Below, one piece after another: positions 27,089 to 35,968 of a stretch of 64,000 bases of DNA. The DNA is taken from positions 1,720 through 65,719 of the forward strand of contig VXOH01000036.1 in assembly GCA_009840135.1 (NCBI GenBank), read 5' to 3'. The position numbers and the translations under genes are program-made. The notes below the pieces were generated by a model. It did no database searches and was not told the origin of the DNA. It saw nothing but the letters and a program-made list of their open reading frames with translations. Source of the DNA: Chloroflexota bacterium (lineage in GTDB: Bacteria > Chloroflexota > Dehalococcoidia > Lucifugimonadales > UBA3495). Numbering within the stretch: position 1 is the stretch's first letter; the number at the start of each line of letters is the position of its first letter.

Positions 27089-27721
27089 CTAGATCAGGCC
27101 GTGGGGCCAGGGCGGAGATGGACGCTTTACTTCTCCAACGTGCTGGGCATCGGTGATCACCCGAGTCAGGGACTCGTAGATCTCGCCGGACTGCTCCGCC
27201 GGTGGAATGTGCATCTTCACGAAAGCGACACCGCCATTCGGAGCCACGTAAGTAGGCACACCAAAAGCGCCGTACTCTTCAACGGCCTCCGTGTGGCTTT
27301 CACCAATTTCCCTGAGCAGGTCAGGGTCGGCGAGGTCCTCGCGGAACCGGGCCATGTCTATGCCCGAATTCTTGACCGCTTCCTCCATGACTTCCATCTC
27401 GGTGAGGCTCCGGCGTTCTTCATGCCTGAGCTTCAACAAAGCAAGGAAGAAAGACTCGAAAGCGTCCTTGCCCTGCCGCTTGGCCGCCAAGCCGGCACGA
27501 TGGGCCAGCAGGGTATTGTCGGAGCCGTCAAGAGCGCCGGGCTGTTCCCAATACTTGAACTCGTCCCCTTTGTCGCTGTTTACCTGCTCCAGGGAGAAGG
27601 GCTTCCAGTCAATATTTACCTCTTGTCCAGTGGTTTCCCGTACCTGCGCCAGCCACATGGCAGCGTTGTACACGAAGGGTCAACGGAAGTCGTAAAACGT
27701 CTTGAAATCCGCTTCGGCCAT
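27089..27721 (-). CDS. DsbA-family (single-Cys CPxA/V-type) protein with predicted selenocysteine (UPFV; TGA at 27682-27680)
   Basis: The ORF track calls 27089-27673 (GTG). The same frame extends to ATG 27721-27719, with AGGAGG (complement of 27729-27734) 7 nt upstream. It reads MAEADFKTFYDFR[TGA]PFVYNAAMWLAQVRE...IDWKPFSLEQVN, matching F.D..CP..Y....W plus the F/MSL..LN block of this DsbA subfamily, with TGA at the Cys. Restored length is 210 aa. Confidence 0.68.
27647..27662 (-). promoter_or_regulatory. Candidate SECIS-like hairpin for the TGA at 27682-27680
   Basis: On the minus strand, UGCCA (27662-27658) pairs with UGGCG (27651-27647): 5 bp including one G-U. The loop is UGUGGC. The stem starts 18 nt after the UGA. 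It is short and needs folding. Confidence 0.3.
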
Positions 27722-27748
27722 AACGACACCTCCTGTCTGATTGGCACG

Positions 27749-27777
27749 ATTCTAGCATATTGACACGGCGTAGCCAA
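27749..27777 (-). promoter_or_regulatory. Candidate promoter for the Sec-DsbA-like gene
   Basis: Minus strand: TTGGCT (complement of 27772-27777), 17-nt spacer, TAGAAT (complement of 27749-27754) preceded by TGc. Same ATGCTAGAAT string as at 2642-2651. Confidence 0.45.
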
Positions 27778-27829
27778 CCTCATGGGCCTTTCCCCGAAGC
27801 TGTCATCAGTCCGCCGCCGAAACTCCCTG

Positions 27830-27838
27830 TGGTATAAT
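27830..27838 (+). promoter_or_regulatory. Extended -10 element (TGgTATAAT) only 10 nt upstream of the cca ATG
   Basis: TG at 27830-27831 and TATAAT at 27833-27838, with the ATG at 27849. This implies a leaderless or near-leaderless transcript, or else a downstream start (GTG 27861). Confidence 0.45.
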
Positions 27839-27848
27839 TTCTCCCACC

Positions 27849-29168
27849 ATGAACCCTCCCGTGGATTCCCCCCAGTCACTCCTTGACTCCGCTCCGCCTA
27901 TAGAGGAATACCTGGGTGGCGCGTTTCAGCCGTTGGTACGAACCCTCACCGGTCTGGCCGAATCTCACAATGTCACCGTTTGCCTGGTTGGCGGACCGGT
28001 GCGTGATTGGCTCCTGGGCCTGCCGGCCAAAGACCTGGATTTCGTTGTAGAGGGAAATGCGCCTGAACTGGCCCGGGAATTGGCTTACCAAACCCGTGGT
28101 GAAGCGGTGGTACATGGGCGATTTGGAACGGCTACCGTATCCAGTGGAAATCTTCGGGTGGACCTGGCAACCGCCCGGAGAGAGAGCTACACGGCGCCAG
28201 GGGCATTGCCTCGGGTTGAGCCATCAACCATTTCAGACGACCTGGCGCGCCGGGACTTTTCCATTAACGCTATGGCCGTGCCGCTGTTCGGAGCTGACAA
28301 GACCCTGCTGGATCCGCAGGGCGGTCTGGAAGACCTGGCCAGAAAATCAATAAGGATACTGCACTCCCAGAGTTTTGAGGACGATCCTACCCGGTTGTTT
28401 CGGGCGGTTCGATACGAGCAACGCCTGGGGTTTGTCCTGGAAAAGACTACCGAATCCCGCCTGGTGGATGCGGTGAAAGGCGGTTGCCTGACCTCAGTGA
28501 GCGGCGACCGGATACGCCATGAACTGCAGAAGATGTTCGAGGAGCTACAACCATCCAATGCTCTGTGCCGGGCCATTGATTTGGGTGTATTGAGCTTCTT
28601 GAATCCAACTGAGTCCTTCAGAAACTCGCTTTATAGCTGGGAAACAAAGGGGCCCATAGTTGACCCGGAGGGAGAGGCCGGGGTCCTCAGTTGGCTGGCC
28701 GCCCTATGCTATCCAATTTCGGAGGCCGATGGAGACCTTCTGGCCCGCCGCCTTAATATGCCTTCTGCCTGGAAAAGTGTGCTGAGCGAGTCCGTTGCCA
28801 TCAAGAAAACTGTTGGGAGGCTGGACAACCCAGACCTGCTTCCCTCCGAGTTGGCCGAATTACTTGAGCATAGGTCCCTGGATGCGCTGTTTGTTGCCGC
28901 CGCAATAGTGGAAAGGCCCATTGCGGTAAGCAACATACTGCGTTATTTGAGAGAATTGAGGCATATCAGTCCATCTCTCACGGGGCACGATCTCATACAG
29001 TTGGGGATTCCGGGCGGCGTAGCCGTAGGTCAAGCTCTTGCCAGGCTGCGCAGGGCGCGGTTGGACCGGCAGGTGAATACCGAAGAAGAAGAGCGGCTTT
29101 GGGTCAAGAACCTGATAGCAATGGAATCGCTTGATTCAAAGAAGGAAAGGACCGGCTTCCGGCGTTAA
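27849..29168 (+). CDS. cca: CCA-adding tRNA nucleotidyltransferase / poly(A) polymerase family
   Basis: 439 aa. LVGGPVRDWLLG...KDLDFVV head-domain motif and RRDFSINAMA. Confidence 0.85.
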   Translation: MNPPVDSPQSLLDSAPPIEEYLGGAFQPLVRTLTGLAESHNVTVCLVGGPVRDWLLGLPAKDLDFVVEGNAPELARELAYQTRGEAVVHGRFGTATVSSGNLRVDLATARRESYTAPGALPRVEPSTISDDLARRDFSINAMAVPLFGADKTLLDPQGGLEDLARKSIRILHSQSFEDDPTRLFRAVRYEQRLGFVLEKTTESRLVDAVKGGCLTSVSGDRIRHELQKMFEELQPSNALCRAIDLGVLSFLNPTESFRNSLYSWETKGPIVDPEGEAGVLSWLAALCYPISEADGDLLARRLNMPSAWKSVLSESVAIKKTVGRLDNPDLLPSELAELLEHRSLDALFVAAAIVERPIAVSNILRYLRELRHISPSLTGHDLIQLGIPGGVAVGQALARLRRARLDRQVNTEEEERLWVKNLIAMESLDSKKERTGFRR

Positions 29169-29218
29169 CCGGCAGCAATACGGAGCCGGCATTTCGCCGG
29201 CGGGGGACAAGCAGCACT

Positions 29219-29431
29219 ATGCTCGATGACATGGACCTGGAGTCCTGCGTGATATGTGACGGGCCCTTGGACGGAGTACACCAGACCTCATGTCAAATGT
29301 GCGGCGGCAAATTTCACCAGCCCTGGACCAAAGACAGCGACATTCCCCAGTGCGGACGAATATCCAGCCACGAAGAGGCGCTGGCCATAGTATATGTCTG
29401 CAATGATTGCTTCGAAGGGCGTCGCCCGTGA
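29219..29431 (+). CDS. Small Cys-rich (zinc-ribbon-like) protein of unknown function
   Basis: 70 aa with CVIC...CQMC...C...CNDC (three CxxC pairs plus one extra Cys). Confidence 0.4.
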   Translation: MLDDMDLESCVICDGPLDGVHQTSCQMCGGKFHQPWTKDSDIPQCGRISSHEEALAIVYVCNDCFEGRRP

Positions 29432-29523
29432 CCGTTCAGGTCTTTCGCCGGTTTCAAGAAGTATCCATTGGCGCGAAGATAGGCCACCAACAAATTAGCT
29501 GATTTGGGTGGAGTAATAGACCT

Positions 29524-30561
29524 ATGAAAGCTGTCTATATCGAGGCTCACGGCGAAGCCGAAGCCCTGGTTTATGGGGAGCGCCCCGAACCGGAAGCGGG
29601 AAGTGACGACGTAAAGGTGAGGGTTCGCGCCAGCGCCCTGAATCGCCTCGACCTGTACACCAGGGCCGGCGGCAGGGGGCTGCGGCGCGAGTTTCCGCCG
29701 CCCCTGATCCTGGGGGGAGACTGCGCCGGCGATGTGGTGGAAGCTGGCTCCAACGTGCAAACTCTGAAAGCGGGCGACCGGGTGGTCGTGAATCCGCGAA
29801 TCAGCTGCAACCAGTGCGACGCGTGCAAGTCTGGCAGAGACGATCTTTGTCCCCGTGCCAGGTTCATGGGTAGCGCCAGCGACGGCAGCTATGCCGAGTA
29901 TGTGGTTGCCCCGGCCGTTAACGCCCACAAGATTGCCGACTCGGTCAGTTATGAAGAGGCCGCCGCGGTACCTACCACCTTCCTCCCGGTATGGAACATG
30001 ATGGTCCGCCGGGCCCGGCTGGAGCCGTGGGAAACGGTTCTGGTCCTTTCGGCCTCCGCCGGCGTGGGGACAGCGGCAATCCAGGTGGCGAAGAACGTGG
30101 TCGGCGCCAGGGTGATCGCGACCACCAGCACGGAGGAGAAGGCTGCCAAGGCAAGAGAACTGGGCGCGGACGAAGTGATCAACTACAAGGAAGAGGACAT
30201 TGCAGAGAGAGTCAAGGCGCTGACCGGAGGGACCGGCGTGGATGTGCTTGTGGACCACGTGGGCGCCGAGTTTTTTGCCAGCGCCTTTAATTCCCTGCGT
30301 CATGGAGGGCGTTACACCATCTGCGGGGCGACGACCGGACTCAGGGCCGAACTGCACCTGGGGTTGCTTTTTACTCGCCAGATAGAGATATACGGCACCT
30401 TCATGGGAAGCAAGGAAGACATGCGGCAGATTGTGGAAATGTTGAATCGCGGCGTTATTCGTCCGGCGATACACCAGGTCTTCCCCTTGTCCGAAGCGGC
30501 AAGCGCGCACCGAACAATGGAGGAGACCAATTTCTTCGGCAAACTGTTGCTGCGGCCCTGA
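29524..30561 (+). CDS. Zinc-type alcohol dehydrogenase / quinone oxidoreductase (MDR superfamily)
   Basis: 345 aa. Structural-zinc pattern CNQCDACKSGRDDLC and Rossmann motif SASAGVGTAAIQ. Confidence 0.85.
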   Translation: MKAVYIEAHGEAEALVYGERPEPEAGSDDVKVRVRASALNRLDLYTRAGGRGLRREFPPPLILGGDCAGDVVEAGSNVQTLKAGDRVVVNPRISCNQCDACKSGRDDLCPRARFMGSASDGSYAEYVVAPAVNAHKIADSVSYEEAAAVPTTFLPVWNMMVRRARLEPWETVLVLSASAGVGTAAIQVAKNVVGARVIATTSTEEKAAKARELGADEVINYKEEDIAERVKALTGGTGVDVLVDHVGAEFFASAFNSLRHGGRYTICGATTGLRAELHLGLLFTRQIEIYGTFMGSKEDMRQIVEMLNRGVIRPAIHQVFPLSEAASAHRTMEETNFFGKLLLRP

Positions 30562-30599
30562 GGAGCAGTGACGCCGTCCCAAACCGGTAGCTGCAGGTG

Positions 30600-31505
30600 T
30601 TACCCGCCTTCCGCTTCAGTCTGACCGGTTGAGTCGCCTTTGCTCGTCCTCTTCTGCAAACGTCTTCCGTGGAACAGGTACTGCTGGGCATAGCCTGCGT
30701 AGCGCCCAAAATAGGACTGGGCCCAACCCAACAATTCCCGGTCCGGGGGTGGCTTCTGCCCCGGAAAATACCATTCTCCCAGGGCTCTGCGGACCCAAAC
30801 GTCAATTGGGAAAGCCTCCAGTTTCTCCAGGGAGAAAACGGCTATGCAGTCGGCAATTTTGCTGCCGATCCCATAGCACTCCATCAGCCTTTCTTTGGCG
30901 GGCATATAGGGCATCCTGACCAGCGCGTTCAGGTCCAGGGAGCCCTCCACTACTTCCCGCGTTGCCCGGTCCACGTAGGGAGCCCGGAAGCCCAGCCCCA
31001 GGCGGCGCAGTTCCGTTTCCCCCGCTTCCACCAGCAGGGATGGCGACGGAAAGGAGTACCTGACCTGCCCATCCAGCTCTATGGGACTGCCCAGGGACCC
31101 GGCGATATTCTCAAGGACCTGGTGAATTCGCTGGATGTTGGAATTCGCTGAACAAATGTAGGCCACCAGGCACTCCCAGGGTTCTTGCCGCAGTACCCGC
31201 AGACCGGGATATTGCCGAACCATGGCGGCAACCCGCCAGTCGTGGCTGATTTCCTCCTGAATCAGGGTGAGGTCGTCATCCAGTCGGAGGTAGTGCTGCA
31301 AAACCGGAACTACCGATGCCTCGGGCCAGGGAGCGGCGTGGAACTCTGCGCGGTGGGGATCTATCTGCCTGATCCTGATAAAGTTGCCCTTCACTACTCC
31401 CGAGAACCAGGGCTCTTCCTCGGAGCCCTCCATTCTCCAGCGGTGGGCCTGACCTCCAACGAGACTGGCTTCCAGGTCCAGCTCCCCCTTAACGACCAGT
31501 TCCAC
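30600..31505 (-). CDS. ogg: 8-oxoguanine DNA glycosylase / AP lyase (HhH-GPD, OGG/AlkA-like)
   Basis: 301 aa. HhH-GPD region LMECYGIGSKIADCIAVFSL....FPIDVWVRR. Overlaps the upstream dinG stop by 17 nt. Confidence 0.75.
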   Translation of the reverse strand: MELVVKGELDLEASLVGGQAHRWRMEGSEEEPWFSGVVKGNFIRIRQIDPHRAEFHAAPWPEASVVPVLQHYLRLDDDLTLIQEEISHDWRVAAMVRQYPGLRVLRQEPWECLVAYICSANSNIQRIHQVLENIAGSLGSPIELDGQVRYSFPSPSLLVEAGETELRRLGLGFRAPYVDRATREVVEGSLDLNALVRMPYMPAKERLMECYGIGSKIADCIAVFSLEKLEAFPIDVWVRRALGEWYFPGQKPPPDRELLGWAQSYFGRYAGYAQQYLFHGRRLQKRTSKGDSTGQTEAEGG

Positions 31506-34428
31506 GGTCCGCCTCTTCTATCCATTGGGCAGCCAGGCTTCCCAGGTTGGAAAGGTTGCTGGGTTTCAAAGTGCAAGGTGGAATGGATTGCAGGAAGGCC
31601 TGTCCGTAGTTCCTGCCGGTGATTCGCTTGTCCAGCACAACTATGGCGCCACTGTCTCCCTTGTTTCTGATCAGTCGGCCCATGCCCTGGCGGAAGCGCA
31701 ACACCGCCTGGGGGATGGAATACTCATTGAAGGCGTTGTTGTATTGGTCTGACCGGGCCTTTATCACGGGGTCGGTAGGAACGTGAAAAGGCAATCGGGT
31801 TATGACCAGGGCTCTCATCACGCCGCTGGGAAAATCCACTCCTTCCCAAAAGCTGCTGGTTCCCAGCAGAATCGAGCGGGGGTTGTCTATGAAACGCCGA
31901 CTGATCTGGGGTGGAGAGCCATCCACACCCTGGGCCAGCACGTTTATTCCCTGGGTTTCCAACCGGTTGCGCAGGCGGGTATTAACGTTGCGAAGCGCCG
32001 AGTAGGAAGTAAAAAGGGCCATGGTTCGCCCGGACAAGTGGCTGCCCAGATCAATCAGGGCCCGGGCAATGGCGTCAATGTATCCTTCGGTTTGCGGCTG
32101 GGGCATATCTTCCGGAATCATTAACAGCGCTGCCTTGCGGTAGTCAAAGGGGGAACCCACCAGCAGTTCGTCGCAATCCTCGGGCAGCGCCAGCCTTCGG
32201 CGAGCGTAGTCAAAATTTGCCTGGGAACTCATGGTGGCGCTGGTCAGGACGACACTGTCCTTGGTCTCAAAGAGGTTTTCCCTGAGCGTCGGACCCACTT
32301 CCAGCGGAGCCGAGTTCAGGCTCAGCTCATCCCTGACCTGGTCCTGGTGCAGCCAGTGAATCCGGTTGGCATCGTCCCGGCCCACTATGGACGTCAGATT
32401 GTCCCGGATGCCTTCAACGTTCCCCTGAAGGTTATTGGATTCGGATACCAGGGATGACAGATCCGACCTTGTTATACCGGACGCCTCTTCTCCGGCAGGC
32501 TCCAGCGAATCGGTTTCCTGCAAAAAGGCATGCAGCCGTCCCAGAGATTGCCCCAGGTTGCTCAAACCCACATCCACGTTTTCCCAGGCCGTTTCCAGGT
32601 CCGACCAACTGCGGTGGCTACGGGCCCTTGAGGTTATCAGCAGGTCTTCTCCGTCCCTTCCCTGGGCGGTGAAGAACCGCTGGGCAGCCGACCACATATC
32701 GCTCCAGTTCTGCCTGAGCCGGGGGCTGAGTTGCTCAATTTCCCCTGCCATGCGTTCGCCGTTTTGCCTGATCAATGGGGGAGTCTCGAGGGATGCCAGC
32801 GCCAACCGAGTTTCCCGCACCAGCCGGCTGACGAGATCCGTTTCTTCCGTCAACTGATCCGGAGACAGCTGAAAGCCGAATTGCCTAGTGGCTTCGTCCT
32901 CCAGGTTGTGGGCCTCGTCAATGATCAGGTACTGGTAGTCGGGAATGATTCCCCCGCCATAGGCCAGGTCGGACAACAACAGGGCGTGGTTAACCACTAC
33001 TATGTGGGCCTGGTCGGCCTTCTCCCGCGCGCTTCTGAGGAAACAAGCCCCGCTCCCCCCTCTGAGGGCGGGACAACCCCCCTTTTCTCCGGCGGACATC
33101 TTGCTCCAGGCCAGAGAGTCTCTGCCCGACAGGTTTATCTCGGTCCGGTCGCCAGCTTCAGTGTCCTGGAGCCATACTGCCGTTTTGCTCAACAGGCGGC
33201 TCTCATCCGCCGAGAGATTCTCGGTATGGGCCAGGTAATTCCAGCGTCGCAGGCAAAGATAATTGGTGCGTCCCTTAAGCAAGGTGGCCTTGATAAGGCC
33301 CTCCTCAACCAGTCCCGATCCCTCCAGGACCTTGATCAAAGCCGGAATGTCCTTCCTGATCAACTGCTCCTGAAGGTTGATGGTGTTGGTCGATATGATC
33401 ACGCGCAGGCCACGGGCAGCGGCAAACAGAGCGGACGGAAGCAGGTACGCCATGGATTTGCCCACCCCGGTACCGCCTTCTACCACCAGCTTGCGGCCCT
33501 CAAATATGGCCTGGCTCACCTTCCTGAGCATATCAACCTGTTCCTGCCGGAACTCAAACCCCTCGAATGCCTTGGAAAAGGCGCCGTCGGGCTCCATGAG
33601 GCTGGCGATGTTTTCGATGGACCAGTGGTTCAGTTCATCGTCGTAGCGCCGTCTTTCAGCCCGACCCAGGCGAGCGGCCATGCTGCCGAGATTGAGGCCC
33701 GAAAGGTTAAACATCGAGCTGCCCGGTTCGGTTTCTGACTCGCTCTCGATGCCGGACAACAGGTTGGCTACATTCCAGTTTCCCCGTGTCGCCAACGTAT
33801 TAACATAATCCAGCAGGTCCGGGTCCAGTTCGCCGGCCTGCCGGAGCAGTGTTACGAAAAGCTGCTGGGTAGCTATAGCGTCATCAATGGCCTGGTGAGC
33901 GCGGTCGTGGTCCAGGCCAAACTTGCGGGCCAGTGCCCCCAGGGAGTATTCGGCAGTCCTGGGCAGGAGGAAAGAGGCCAATTCCCAGGTATCATAGTGG
34001 GGGTTATCCAGGTAAAGGCCGTGGGTTTCCAGGAAGCGCAGGTCAAAGTTCACGTTGTGCCCAACGACCGGATGGTCCTGAAGGAAGTGCTCAAGTTTCT
34101 GGCTGATGGAGGAGAAGAAAGGGGCGCGGGCGACCTGGTCGGGCCTGATGCCCGTCAATCTCTGGACGAATTCCGGTATGGGCCGGCCCGGATTAACGAA
34201 CGTATCGAAACGGTCCAAGATTTGGTCGCCCCGAAACTTGACAGCGCCCACCTGAATTATCTTTTCGAGGTCAGGCTTCAGGCCCGTCGTTTCCAGGTCC
34301 AAGGCAACAAAGGTCTGTTCCAGGGCAGGAACGGTCACGGAGGGATGGCCCAAGGACATTTCGGAAGTCCTTTCTGTGAGAGAGATAACGAAACGCCGGC
34401 CCAGAACCGGGTCATACCGCGCCAGCAA
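31489..34428 (-). CDS. dinG: DnaQ-like 3'-5' exonuclease fused to a DinG/Rad3-family helicase
   Basis: 979 aa. N-terminal FVALDLETTGL (Exo I) and HNVNFD. Helicase motifs EGGTGVGKS and IIDEAHNLED, with a C-terminal GRLIR. Confidence 0.85.
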   Translation of the reverse strand: MLARYDPVLGRRFVISLTERTSEMSLGHPSVTVPALEQTFVALDLETTGLKPDLEKIIQVGAVKFRGDQILDRFDTFVNPGRPIPEFVQRLTGIRPDQVARAPFFSSISQKLEHFLQDHPVVGHNVNFDLRFLETHGLYLDNPHYDTWELASFLLPRTAEYSLGALARKFGLDHDRAHQAIDDAIATQQLFVTLLRQAGELDPDLLDYVNTLATRGNWNVANLLSGIESESETEPGSSMFNLSGLNLGSMAARLGRAERRRYDDELNHWSIENIASLMEPDGAFSKAFEGFEFRQEQVDMLRKVSQAIFEGRKLVVEGGTGVGKSMAYLLPSALFAAARGLRVIISTNTINLQEQLIRKDIPALIKVLEGSGLVEEGLIKATLLKGRTNYLCLRRWNYLAHTENLSADESRLLSKTAVWLQDTEAGDRTEINLSGRDSLAWSKMSAGEKGGCPALRGGSGACFLRSAREKADQAHIVVVNHALLLSDLAYGGGIIPDYQYLIIDEAHNLEDEATRQFGFQLSPDQLTEETDLVSRLVRETRLALASLETPPLIRQNGERMAGEIEQLSPRLRQNWSDMWSAAQRFFTAQGRDGEDLLITSRARSHRSWSDLETAWENVDVGLSNLGQSLGRLHAFLQETDSLEPAGEEASGITRSDLSSLVSESNNLQGNVEGIRDNLTSIVGRDDANRIHWLHQDQVRDELSLNSAPLEVGPTLRENLFETKDSVVLTSATMSSQANFDYARRRLALPEDCDELLVGSPFDYRKAALLMIPEDMPQPQTEGYIDAIARALIDLGSHLSGRTMALFTSYSALRNVNTRLRNRLETQGINVLAQGVDGSPPQISRRFIDNPRSILLGTSSFWEGVDFPSGVMRALVITRLPFHVPTDPVIKARSDQYNNAFNEYSIPQAVLRFRQGMGRLIRNKGDSGAIVVLDKRITGRNYGQAFLQSIPPCTLKPSNLSNLGSLAAQWIEEADRGTGR

Positions 34429-34472
34429 GGGGTGTGCATCGGCAGGAAGAGCTATTTACCGGACCACGGAAA

Positions 34473-35171
34473 TCAACCGCTATAGGGCCGCAATTGCCCG
34501 GAGCGGAGCCCAACCGCGGGGAAGAACTTTCCCGAGCGCAATGCCGTCAAGAACTCCGCTTCGCTCTGAATCTCATCGGCAAAGGCCGTCACAAAACGGC
34601 CCAGACCATGGGTACTGTGGGCGTCGCTGCCCCCGGTAACCGGCATTTTCAGCAGGTTGGCCACCTCCATGGCGAAGCCGTTCTCCTCGTCTGAGGTACC
34701 TCCGTTGACCACTTCGATGGCGTTGGCGAGTTTGAAGACCGGATGGTCAAGGGCTTCCGCAGGTACTGTGGGAAGCGGTTCGTCGGGCATGGAACGGTAC
34801 AGGTAGGGACGCCCGGGCATTGGCCTCCCAAGCACGCCCCGGAAAGGATGAGCGCTGACCACAAAACCGCCTTCAGCCCGGGCTGCCCGGCAAAGCACCT
34901 CCGCCTTGTTGAAACCCGACTGGTAGGTGTCCATGCCAAAGGCCAGTATGTGGCCCATGTCAGTATCCGCCTCCATTGCTCTTACCAGCACTACATTGTG
35001 AAGGCTGGCGAATCTCTCGAATTCGTGCCTATCCCAGGGACCGCTGTGTTCGGTAATGCAAAGCCCCCGGAGACCCAGCCTTTCCGCTTCCAGGATAAGG
35101 TCTTCGGGAGTAAGGCTGCTGTCGGCGCTTCCCTTGGTTGTATGGATATGAAGATCAAAAATGCGAGCCAT
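34473..35171 (-). CDS. PHP-domain metal-dependent phosphoesterase
   Basis: 232 aa. IFDLHIHTTKGS, ITEH and GGSDAHS. Confidence 0.75.
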   Translation of the reverse strand: MARIFDLHIHTTKGSADSSLTPEDLILEAERLGLRGLCITEHSGPWDRHEFERFASLHNVVLVRAMEADTDMGHILAFGMDTYQSGFNKAEVLCRAARAEGGFVVSAHPFRGVLGRPMPGRPYLYRSMPDEPLPTVPAEALDHPVFKLANAIEVVNGGTSDEENGFAMEVANLLKMPVTGGSDAHSTHGLGRFVTAFADEIQSEAEFLTALRSGKFFPAVGLRSGQLRPYSG

Positions 35172-35487
35172 ATAGCCCGATTGTATCCATGTCGGGGTTG
35201 CCAGTCAATGAGAGTTTGTCAGTAAAGAGTGTTGGGGTCGAGAGAAGAGGGGAATGTTATGCTGAAAGTTCCTGCCAGAGTTCCCGTCGACATGATACCT
35301 TCGACATCATAGTGTAAGGGGAAGCATTTAATAATCTAGGCTGCCAGCCGGCAAAGTTAACGTTTGGCCTGTATTCAGGAGTCCTGGATTCCGTGCTCCC
35401 TTGAGAAGAGGAGTGGATTGACTCCCATTTCGGGCGCCATGGGCCGCTGGTTTATACTTCAATTGGGCAAATGGCCGGGCCAAGGTA

Positions 35488-35516
35488 TTGATTGCAGCGG
35501 GAAATAAATATAAAAT
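35488..35516 (+). promoter_or_regulatory. Candidate promoter for speH-speE
   Basis: TTGATT (35488-35493), 17-nt spacer, TAAAAT (35511-35516). A second consensus TATAAT lies at 35532-35537. Confidence 0.4.
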
Positions 35517-35579
35517 CTGTATTCCGTTGACTATAATTCAGGGGGTATTTCCCCCGATAATGAAGAGGAGGGCAGGTGA

Positions 35580-35948
35580 TTGAATGTACTAGGTCTGCAC
35601 CTTTTGTTGGAACTCAAGGAGTGTAACCCTCAGCTCCTTGATAACTTGGACTATGTCCGTAATGCGCTGTTTGGAGCCGCCGAGGGCGTGGGGGCGCATG
35701 TAATCGGCGAATCTTTCCATCAGTTCACTCCTCAAGGGGTCACCGGCATTTTATCCATCGCCGAATCCCACATTTCCATCCACACCTGGCCGGAGTATAG
35801 TTACGCCGCCGCCGACATATTTACGTGTGGTTCCTCTTTTCAGCCAAGGGATGCTGCCTCGGTCTTGATAGACCAGTTTGAATCCAAGAGTCCTGAGATT
35901 ACTGAAGTCCGGCGAGGCCTGCTTTCCGTGCCGGCCGGCGTACAGTAA
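35580..35948 (+). CDS. speH: S-adenosylmethionine decarboxylase proenzyme (small bacterial SpeH type)
   Basis: 122 aa, TTG start 7 nt after GAGGAGGG. Self-cleavage/pyruvoyl region LSIAESHISIHTWPE and DIFTCG. Confidence 0.85.
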   Translation: MNVLGLHLLLELKECNPQLLDNLDYVRNALFGAAEGVGAHVIGESFHQFTPQGVTGILSIAESHISIHTWPEYSYAAADIFTCGSSFQPRDAASVLIDQFESKSPEITEVRRGLLSVPAGVQ

Positions 35949-35968
35949 CCACGGTCCCCCCGCTCCTC

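Noticed and set aside
29314-30582. Long antisense ORFs: 422 aa here, and also 41297-42490(-), 38572-39567(+), 32731-33738(+), 3292-4140(-), 9726-10607(-), 20658-21452(+), 50878-51654(-) and 59145-59882(-)
   Set aside because: All lie fully opposite strongly supported genes. They are Arg/Gly/Pro-rich with no recognisable motifs, which is typical of shadow ORFs in GC-rich DNA.
35225-35579. A riboswitch (for example SAM-type) in the 355-nt leader region upstream of speH
   Set aside because: Only short local hairpins (GGAGT-GGATTG-ACTCC, GGGGG-TATTT-CCCCC) and an imperfect direct repeat (TCGACATGATA / TCGACATCATA) were seen. Nothing matched a riboswitch core I can recognise by eye. An Rfam scan would settle it.
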